DNA of 64,000 nt from Chrysomallon squamiferum (lineage: Eukaryota > Animalia > Mollusca). The stretch is from NCBI GenBank assembly GCA_012295275.1, contig CM022665.1, forward strand, positions 42,594,001 to 42,658,000, in the 5' to 3' direction. The translations under genes were made by a program, and so were the position numbers. The notes under the pieces were generated by a model. That model was not told the origin of the DNA, made no database searches, and saw only the letters and a list, made by a program, of their open reading frames with translations. Position 1 is the first letter of the stretch. Every line of letters begins with the position of its first letter. This document shows positions 54,565 through 64,000 of the stretch, in pieces.

Positions 54565-56115
54565 TTTAAGACAACTTCTCCCCAGGACAATTGCCCCTAG
54601 GATAACTGCCCCCATTTTTTTCTTCCAATAATGATTTTCAAGCATAACAACATAAATATATGTATAAGGACAGGTTTTTTAATATTCAAAAAATAATAGA
54701 CCACATATAAAATGGAATTTAGAGTTCTCTAGTAAAGCTTTATATAGCAACTGTTCGTTAATGAAGAATAAAATGTCATCTGTTATTTCATAAACATTTA
54801 GTACTGACGATAGAAGACAGAAATACAGTACAAAAATATGTTAGCTATCACAATAAATTTGTGTGATAATGTTTATTTGACATAAAATTAGGTGTTCAGA
54901 ATGAGATTTTAATTTTATGGACATTTAGTATTCAGCATATTACATTTTGAAAATACATAAATGTAGTGATATCATTACACTAAATAATACTTTGTGAAAA
55001 GGTAACTATAATGGTATTATTACATTACAGAAATACACTGTGAAAAGGTAACTAATGTTACTATTACGTTACAGAAATACACTGTGAAAAGGTAACTATA
55101 ATGGTATTATTACGTTACAGAAATACACTGTGAAAAGGTAACTAATGTTGTTATTACGTTACAGAAATACACTGTGAAAAGGTAACAATAATGTTATTAT
55201 TACATTACAGAAATACACTGTGAAAAGGTAACTAATGTTACTATTACGTTACAGAAATACACTGTGAAAAGGTAACTAATGTTACTATTACGTTACAGAA
55301 ATACACTGTGAAAAGGTAACAATAATGTTGTTATTACGTTACAGAAATACACTGTGAAAAGGTAACTAATGTTACTATTACGTTACAGAAATACACTGTG
55401 AAAAGGTAACTAATGTTGTTATTACGTTACAGAAATACACTGTGAAAAGGTAACAATAATGTTATTATTACATTACAGAAATACACTGTGAAAAGGTAAC
55501 TAATGTTACTATTACGTTACAGAAATACACTGTGAAAAGGTAACTAATGTTACGTTACAGAAATACACTATGAAAAGGTAACTAATGTTACTATTACGTT
55601 ACAGAAATACACTGTGAAAAGGTAACTAATGTTACTATTACATTACAGAAATACACTGTGAAAAGGCAACAATAATGTTATTATTACGTGGTTGAGGAGT
55701 TCACCACCAATCATCTGGGTTTTTTCTACTTCATTCAGTGCTTGCTCGTGTTTTAAAATTTCTATAAACTTCCAGAAATTTGGTTGGTAGGTACCAGTGT
55801 TTGCATGGAAACGAAGGTGCCACCTTTTGCGAAGTTGTTAGTCTGTGGCAAATTCTGTATGTGGAATATATCTTTCTTTTAGATGTTTGGAACTGGGATG
55901 CTGAGATCTTGAGTTAACATTAAGGATGCAAATGATGTTAAGAAATGAGTTAAAAGGTGTTATACAGTTACACTGTTTCAATGGTGGCAGCTGTCTCAAA
56001 TTACTTTTCTTGTCCAAATGGTCACATTTATGTTTTTCGCATAGCGCATTAAGTTTTAAACAATAAGAAAAATAAAAATGAAATATAAAGGGTTACTGTC
56101 CTCAGCAGTGTAATT
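54565..56115 (-). mobile_element. Internally deleted MULE (Mutator-like) element carrying a minisatellite
   Basis: Minus strand 55852-55690 reads LPQTNNFAKG/WHLRFHANTGTYQPNFWKFIEILKHEQALNE, matching the MULE C-terminal RTNNxxEGWH...HPNIWKFIxxLKxEQ motif with a 1-nt frameshift. The left end has iterated GGACAATTGCCCC/GGATAACTGCCCC subrepeats (54567-54613), with a degenerate inverse GGGTTACTGTCC at about 56090. Confidence 0.7.
54975..55690. repeat. Minisatellite of 44-46 bp, about 16 copies
   Basis: Repeated TTACGTTACAGAAATACACTGTGAAAAGGTAACTAATGTTACTA with a few recurring variants. Confidence 0.97.
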
Positions 56116-59100
56116 ATCATCTATATTTCTATCTTACATTTCAGCAGAAGATGCAGTTTTCACTCAGATTCGTCTGTCACTGCCTTCAGACACTAAAGCA
56201 GAATCCAGGACATTGCTAAGTTTTCAGTAATAATAACATGCTAACAACATTATTACAGCACTGGATGATTTTAAAAGGAAAATGTTATTGGAACATCTTG
56301 CAGAAGGTAAGAACAGAGAGACATTAATAACTTTATAAATAGCAATGGTGTATAGAACATGTGGCTATGAATTGAGAATTACACCTTAGATATTTCTGAT
56401 TTCTGCACTAGTTTACATTCATAAATCATTAAAATATTGCAAAGGTAATTTTTTATTTTTGTTAATTTGTGGAGTTTTGGGGTTTTTTTTGGCTTAACTA
56501 CTTTAAGTAAAAATAAAAAATATAAAAATTTAGATGATAACCATTTATATTTTGTTATTACATGAATTACATAAATGATAAAGGTAAAGTTTATCATCAG
56601 ATCAGAAATTATTATATAAATTGTGTTTAACTTGTTAAATAGGTTGGTATAAAATTAAATTGGTAAATTCCAATTTTTTGATACATTTGGTGAACATAAA
56701 GCATGGCTGTGGCTTTTATTCATAATAATTTATTTTAAAAATCTGAAATCAAAAACCAGAAGCCAAAATGAAACAAACAACAAAATACTTTCTTTTTGTT
56801 TAGTTTTTATCTCTGAAGGTGAACACACTTAATCTTTTTATTAGTCAGGTTTTGGGGAGAAGCTGAATTCATATCACTGTTCTGAGCTTTTTGTTATCCA
56901 AACTATTAGCTGCTTAATTAAGTCTCCATGGCAACCTACCCATTGGCTGGGCAGGGTGAGTTGTTGGTCACCTGGTGTCATTGTTAATTTTGAAGCTGAC
57001 AGTTGAACTGCCAAGATCATTTTAGTTATCAGTCAGTTTGAGTAAAGAACTGTGAATGGTAAAAATAATAAATGCTGTGACAGCAGATGGGTATGGAAAT
57101 GTTAGAGAGTGTAGGTAAATTTTCTCTGTTTTTTGTTATAGTTAATTAAATTTTGAACTTTGTTAATAATCACATTTTCTTTTACTTTTTTCTTTATTTT
57201 CTTTTTTTTTTTTTCCTTTTGTCAACAAATGACAGGAAAATAGTGAGGTTTTTTCTAAGAAAATTGCATTTTATTTAATTCTTTATAATCTGTTTCAGAA
57301 AAATATGCTAGTATATTTGAATATTATTTTAGTATTTTGTTCCCCATGCAGTATTAATGTACTGTTCTTAATATTACTGGATAGGCAGCTGTTTTGATTT
57401 TTGGAATAGTCACTAGGTTTATGCAATCGGCCATTTTGAATTTTGCCTAAATGTTTCTGATTTTATTTTAAAGTAAGTAGTGATTTCAGAAAATTTATTA
57501 ATGAATTACACTTGTACCAAAATTTCAAATAATTAGTGTTTGATATTATAATAATAATTATTATTTTAACTGGTGATGCAATCCTGAATGAAAAATAGTA
57601 TTAAATGAAAAGTAGGAGCATCGATCTTTGTAATTCCATTTTCATTAAAATTATATATTTCAGTCTCAGGGCATTGTAAAACTGTCTCAGAATTGCTTTT
57701 CCTCACACCTGATAGCTTATTAAATTTTAAAACAAAACAATAAAATCTTGAAAAGAAGATAGTGATGATAAAAAAAAATTCATTTCACACAATCAAATTT
57801 GCACATTTAAACTTATTTTTCATGCATCTTTGATCCTATGTCTAAATGTTTGTAAATAATAAATCATAAAGAGGTAGTTTATAGTTTTTCTGTTTCTCAT
57901 CTGATGTATCGAGTATAATATTATTAGTGGTAATCTGCAAATTATTTTCAAAGTATAGTTACAAGCTAGATATTACAGTTTGTGGTGCAAAGTATCATGA
58001 ATATGACTTAACAAATGTGGTTGAGAAAATATTAACCAGTTTGTTTTTATTTGAAAGACACTATTAATAACTAATAGTTTTCTTTTGTACTTTTAGCCTT
58101 TCTGCCGAAACAAAAAATATCTTGAGTATTTTCTAAACAAGAAGACTGCAGATGAAAGCTGTGTCCAGTTTTAACAGGAAAAGGAAGTAATATGTTAGTA
58201 TATATAGGCTCTATCATAAGTAACATATATATATAATTGTTATATTAAAATAGAAACATTTTTACAAATTGATTTTCAAGATGAAGTATAATAATATGAT
58301 TGATTTAATATATATATGTATATGTATAATGAAAGTAATGTTTACTAGGGTAAGAAGAATTGTTCTGGATGATTAATATATTTTTTTTAAACTTATTTCT
58401 TACTCTGCTTTCTACTTCTGTTTCATTTTAAAAAAAAAACTTTTTTATTGATTAATTTCTATTTTATTTTAAATAACAAATGAAATAAAATCAAACTTTT
58501 TATTATTGTAAGAAATTATTTTTTTATTCTGATTTATTAATGGTGAATTATAAAAACATTTTTGTTCTTTCACTAGATATGTCAGAGCTGAAGAAAATAA
58601 TTTGAAAGGGATCAGCAAGAAGAATGCTTTTTGAAAATGGACTCCAAGAATGATGATGTGTGGAAAAAAAAAGTTCTCAAAATATTAGTCATTGATAGAT
58701 TTCTGTAAGTGATGAAATGTATTTTGTTTATGAGGTGTATAATTCAGTATTACTTGTATGTGGAACATTCTGCTGTATCTAAAATGTGCAGATGTCAGTT
58801 TTATCAAGTTGTGTTGATGTACAGCTGCATTTAACTGATCTGTCCTCGTTAGGACAAATTGGTTATTTCCTATTGAAGCCAGTCTTTCTTTTTTTTTTTT
58901 TACTCAGAAGATTTTTAAAATGTGATACTTAGGTCCATAGTAAGATATCAGAAATAAAATAATATTTGACAGTAGTTAATCTTCAACTCTTTGAAGATGT
59001 TAAAGAAATATTTTTCTTCTCATTTCTTGATAAAGTTATTGATTTGAAAACAAAGTAAAGAACTCTAATAGAATTGGGATTCTTTTTTTTTTTTTTTTTT

Positions 59101-60785
59101 TTTTTCTTTTTAACCGAACTGTCTTGTACATGACAAATCTATGTTTGTGCTAAATCAAAGGTCATGGTTTTTGCTGTTCTAATTGTAATTTAATATCAAG
59201 CAAAGAAATATCCACAGAATATACTTATACAGAGAGTATATAATTTGTATATTATAAATAATATAATTACTGTATATCTAGTGATACAGTATCACTTTCA
59301 ATTCCCAAGTAGTCCTGGACGCAATAATTAGCATATTAATAATTAACAATGTTCCACGTTAATTAATATAGATTTTTCTTTTCTTTATCTTATATACAGT
59401 AAAATAGTGCAGCTTGTCTTTTCCAAATGTCTGTAAAAATGACTGGCTTCTTTCTTTTAAATTTAATTCCAGGAATTATAAACACATTTGTTTTCTTTTA
59501 AATTGTTTTTCAGTTAAGTTTTAAGTCATAACTTTATACCACCTTCATCTGTTCTTTCTATGAGTTTATGCTGTTTTATTTGGAGGTTTATCAGTCAGAA
59601 ATGTCATTGTGCTCAACTAAAGACTGAACCAACGGCTCCTTGCCAACATTGGTGGCCTCTTGTTCTTACCATATCAATCTCAGTTATGATGTACACTATT
59701 TTTGTGGGGCCTTGCATAGGAAAGAGGATTGAGCCATACCAATCCTTCTGATTTAATCTTTGTATTCTTTTTAGGAGTCTGACATAAATCTTGAGGAATA
59801 TTCTTAATAAGAGAACCTGACATTTCTTTCAGAAGCATTTTTGATATTTACTGATAAGACTAATTTTGACTTGTACATACACACTGACTTACAAGTCTAG
59901 TGTAATGCCAGGGAGGGTTGCTGACTTTTGTTGTATTTTGTATAAGCACTTCAGTGCTAAACAGTTTTAGTGTTTTATACAGATCTCAGTTTTTAACCTT
60001 TCAGCGATTCTTTGTGGTAATGACAGAGATGGGGTTCATACACTCTTGTTGACATCTGATACACTGGTGTGACAGTGGTTACTGAACAACTATGAGCAAT
60101 CTCTTTACAGACAAGGCAGTCATATTTTCACAGGAATTTTAAATCTCATGCTCATCAATTTATCACCAGTATCAGTCTCTGCTCCAGGCATTGCTGACTC
60201 TGATCATGATTTAGATAAATCTGATCCTGCCAGTGGTAAACTGAATCGTTTCTTAAACAACTAAGTCATCAGTTGCTTTGTACTGCATAGTGATAATACA
60301 TTAAGACTGTTTCACTTTTCTGCTGATGTCACCACACCTATATTTGTATGTACCTTTTCACTGACAGTTATTCATCCCATCATGCATAAATGTCAACTAC
60401 TTCTGCTCTTTTCCTCTCTAGTAGTATTTTTAGCCTATGCATCACCCCAAGGAGTTTTCTCACATGTCCAACTTGTCTGGGATGTTTTTGGTTTCTAGGC
60501 TTGTGTTGTTTTTAGGCTAGAGCAGATAATTGTTATGACTTTCCAGCACTGGTGTCTGATGATTTTTGAGGAAATCTGGATGCAGTACAGGAATAACAAA
60601 TTTAATTATAGTCCAAAAATAGGGCATTTGTCACTTCTTGTGATAGTGACTCATAAAAGTGATAAACAATTGTTTCATTGTCCAGCATTGGGCAGATGTC
60701 ACATTTTCTTGTAGTGACATCAACAGTGATGACCAATACATTCGTCCCCAGGTCAAGCATACTGGATGGATGGCTTCCATCATTT

Positions 60786-61265
60786 GAGCAGACGTCACAT
60801 TGCCAGTATTGTCACCCAGATTGTCTTTGTCTCTGGAGGACTCTCCCCACAGGTCATCATCAGTCCTGTGAATGAGGTCTCATTTGTAAATATCCTGACA
60901 CATGGCCGCTGCTGTTTGCTGGGGTTGTTGATGTGCCCATTGTAGGGTAGGGATCATCTCCACCCTCCTGTCTGTTGGTAGATAGATGTCATGGTTACAG
61001 ATAATCTGTGTCATCATGCAAATCTGGTTGTTGCCTGTGTATGTTTACTAATGTCTAATGTGTGAATGTGTGTGTATCTGCAGGTGTAACTGAGAGTGTG
61101 TTTGTAGTTAAAATAATTATTATCATTATTTCTATTATTAGTTTATTATTTATTTATTTTATTATTATTATATTATTATCATTATTATCATTATCATCAT
61201 TATTATATTATCATTATCATTATTTTATTATTATTATTATTACTTTACTTATTTATTTATTAATT

Positions 61266-61304
<39 letters not shown>

Positions 61305-61323
61305 TTTATTTTTATCATTTATT

Positions 61324-61362
<39 letters not shown>

Positions 61363-62085
61363 TTATTTTTATTTTTATTTTTATTTTTATTTTTATTTAA
61401 ATCTTGATAGTCTGGGCAGGAATAATAAGTGACCATATGATACTGGAATGAGGTCATTGTTCCTGTAGGGCAGACAGACCATCAAAGATTTAAATGTTTT
61501 TACTGTCATTATCTCAGTAATGCAGTAAAAATCTATTTTTCTCAAGTAACAGCACAAATCTTTCCTCTCTGATGATCTGTGCAGGAGTGGTGAATGATCA
61601 GAAAGTATTCTGGGATGAAGTCACTGTTCCTGCAGAGCAGCCAGATCATTGGGGATTTTACTTTCACTTTTTTAAATACTAACTGTAGTATGGCGACAGC
61701 AGTTGTGTTGCAGTGACAGATGATTGTCATCTCTGGTCACTATTTGGTTTGGCTGACCATACTGTTTAGGATAAGTCTAATACAACTAATATTTAGCACA
61801 TTGCAATTTTGCACATGCTACTAACAACATACGCTGGTGAGAGCCTGAATTTACATGCATGACGCAGATTTCTGTGAACATAACATGTGTCTGTCAGTGG
61901 GCAGGTTGGTGGAGAAGGTTCTAGCTCTGTGGTGGGTGTGTTGATGACGCCAGGGGATGGTAGTAGTGTGAGTCTGGATTTTATGAATGAAATCGCATTC
62001 ACAAGGCTGGTGATGACTTGTGGGGACAGTCCTGCAGTGACAGGGACTGTCTGGGTAACGGTATTGGTGATGGGACATCTGTTCA
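60786..62085. repeat. Diverged inverted repeat pair of about 290 bp (60786-61068 and 61795-62085)
   Basis: Plus-strand GAGCAGACGTCACATTGCCAGTATTGTCACCCAGA...GGACTCTCCCCACAGGTCATCATCAG aligns with the reverse complement GAACAGATGTCCCATCACCAATACCGTTACCCAGA...GGACTGTCCCCACAAGTCATCACCAG. ORF track entries 60678(+) and 61851(-) show homologous peptides. Confidence 0.8.
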
Positions 62086-62269
62086 TGTGCTGGGTCCACT
62101 CCTACCCAGTTGTCTTGGATTGGATTGTTGTTTTAAGAGGGAAATACCTGACTATGAATGATCTTGTTCAAAACAAACAAGAAAGAAAGAAAATCCTTCT
62201 GCCTTGCAAAAAGAACAACATACAGACAAAAATGGTATTACTGCATTAACAAACGCTATCTGTTATTAA

Positions 62270-64000
62270 CCCTCAATCCAGCATGTCATGTGTATCTCGT
62301 TGCTTGTCTTGTGGGGTCTGCATAGACCCCATGTACACTTCAAATGTTGATAAAAAAAAACCCACTGATAGGCCTATTCTACTCGCAGTCAGTGCATGCA
62401 ACAGAGGCTGAGCTATGCTCACAGTTTGCAGATCATCTGTGATTTTCTGACCTGATTTCTGGGACACATGAAACACATTCTCTGTTTAGGTGGTCCTTCA
62501 GGGTTTTACCCAATCCCTTCCCTCAGAATTGTATCCCATGAACCCAGCTGACAGGGAACTAGTTTGTGGCCTTTTAGGTCAAATTTACATAGTTTGAGTT
62601 GCGTGATGCACAGTCACAACAGTGACCAAAGTGAGGGCATGATGTCAGTTACGGAAACACAGAGAATACTTTGTTTCTGAGTTTTCTACAGAAATCTGTG
62701 CTGGCTTACGGGTTAAGAATAAACTTGATACAGATTTTCACATTTTCTGTCTGAAACAACAACAGAGTAATCCATTTTAGTGGTGTGTTATTTGTAAATA
62801 TCACTGTCATCAAAATTGTCAGTAACACGCACTTGTTGCCTTGTGGCAATGTTTTCATTGTTGAGAAACATTTGAGAAAGACAAAGCCTTATTTATTATT
62901 CTTGCTTTCTTGCATAACTTTTTTTTTTTTTTTTTTTCTTTTAGTGGAATTTACAGTGGGTTGAAAATTCGAATTCACATAAATTGTAAGTGGAAAATCT
63001 GCATTAAAATTCTTACAGGTTATTTTAATAGCAGTTGAAAAAGCATCACCAGGTTACTCAGCCTGCTTGATTTTAAGCCGATGATTTCAGTGACAGTGTT
63101 TTTTTTTTTTTTTTTTTTTGTCTTTTCTTCAGTATTGTAAAAGGTTCAGTTAGGAGTCATTTCTTTTATATTAAGATCCTGAGATAAGTAATGGTTCCAG
63201 TAATTTATTCAGCAGAATCATCAACTTGTAAGTTCTGAAGTTTGTTCTGTACCCTTACCTTGATTTATCAGGAGATAAATACATGATTCTCAGTGGAGTG
63301 TATTTTTTTATTGGATTTTTTTTAATTCGTGTTCAGCTTCATCACATTACATGGTTTCAACAATCATTCTACAGGCAGGTCTGATAACAGACTTTGCTGA
63401 AATATGCATTCTTTTCTGGTTATGTGAATAGAAGCAACTTGCTGGAAGTGCTGTTTATTTGAGATGTTTACCTTCAGTCCAAAGAGCCCAGCTTGCTAAA
63501 AAAGTCAAGTTTGAAACGGAGACAAGTGACAGCACATCACATTTAATAACTGAATGGTCTGCAGGTTCTGAAGACACATTCAAATCTTTAATGTGTGACA
63601 GCTACTTGAGTCCAGGAACACAGCTAAAAGTAATATTCAGTATATTTCAACTGTTACTTTGTGGTAGAGTGCTTAAGAAAATTAATTTTATACTCATTTC
63701 AAAAGATTTACATTTAGTATTTTCTTGTTTACCTATTTTAACACTGTTTCCTGTGAATTCAATAGTGGCGCCGCTGTTGTTTTCTCAGAATACAGTTTAA
63801 ACTATTCAAGAACTATATTCTTTGTTCTTAGTAAAAAAAAGTTACATTTTTTTTTTTTTTTGTTAAATGTAGCACAGACCATAGATAGGTCTCTGTGTAC
63901 CAAAAGGCTTTTCTAATTCAGCCATCAAGTTTTGCATAATACTTGTTTTATCTGAAACTGCCATGTCTGATCTTGTATACGAGAAGGTTCACATAAAGGA
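62270..64000 (-). mobile_element. Highly degraded Ty3/Gypsy-like gag-protease relic
   Basis: Minus strand, in gag-knuckle-protease order: LMAELEKPFG (about 63930-63900; cf. LxxxLEKRFG), broken KCF...HKATSC zinc knuckle (about 62870-62828), DCAS (about 62615) and GLSVGFFLSTF (about 62370; cf. GxDFL). Many stops. Confidence 0.35.

Larger units (their letters stand above)
52061..58704 (+). pseudogene. Decayed, intron-containing DDE transposase relic resembling the Kolobok type
   Basis: Exon-like blocks at 52061-52126, 52387-52465, 52831-52913, about 53185-53313, 54357-54431, 56145-56306 and 58577-58704. Broken motifs appear in the expected order: FVGT..GH*KSQ (cf. GH...WxSQP), GN, LSLPSDTKAES/PGH/AKFS (cf. 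LxGDGRxDSPGHSAKY), GSARRMLFENGL (cf. SSxxMExxGFxxGL), LKILVIDRF (cf. IxxLVTDRH). Stops and frameshifts throughout. Confidence 0.5.

Noticed and set aside
54975-55690. CRISPR-like appearance of the 44-bp array
   Set aside because: There are no unique spacers; the variable part is a few recurring point variants. The context is eukaryotic with no cas genes.
63459-63800. 113-aa + strand ORF, and a minus-strand DHSVI read as a LINE endonuclease motif
   Set aside because: The ORF has no ATG start or domain, and the single short motif conflicts with the gag-knuckle-protease order seen around it.

Overview
Very AT-rich, microsatellite-dense, intron-containing animal DNA, probably lophotrochozoan or molluscan (inferred from the gene families and repeat style). 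The left half holds two recognisable + strand genes. One is a 3-exon NK-class homeobox gene best matching Msxlx (8371-16432), with a +1 frame break just after its eh1 motif and a triplicated, in-frame 99-bp splice acceptor before the homeobox. The other is an SMB-domain Methuselah-like class B GPCR of about 881 aa with two coding exons (25616-30248). The right half is a nested tandem duplication (about 31.6-42.6 kb and 43.0-51.2 kb). Copy 1 hides a chain of at least 12 phase-compatible micro-exons (22-68 nt) that splice into one open frame the ORF track cannot show; copy 2 is decayed. Each copy carries a satellite array of about 100-bp monomers and ends in a TTAA-AGGG Kolobok-like terminus. 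Further downstream lie decayed spliced exons resembling a Kolobok-type DDE transposase (52-58.7 kb), a MULE insertion carrying a 44-bp minisatellite, and degraded Gypsy-like relics. All family assignments come from motif recall, not database searches.
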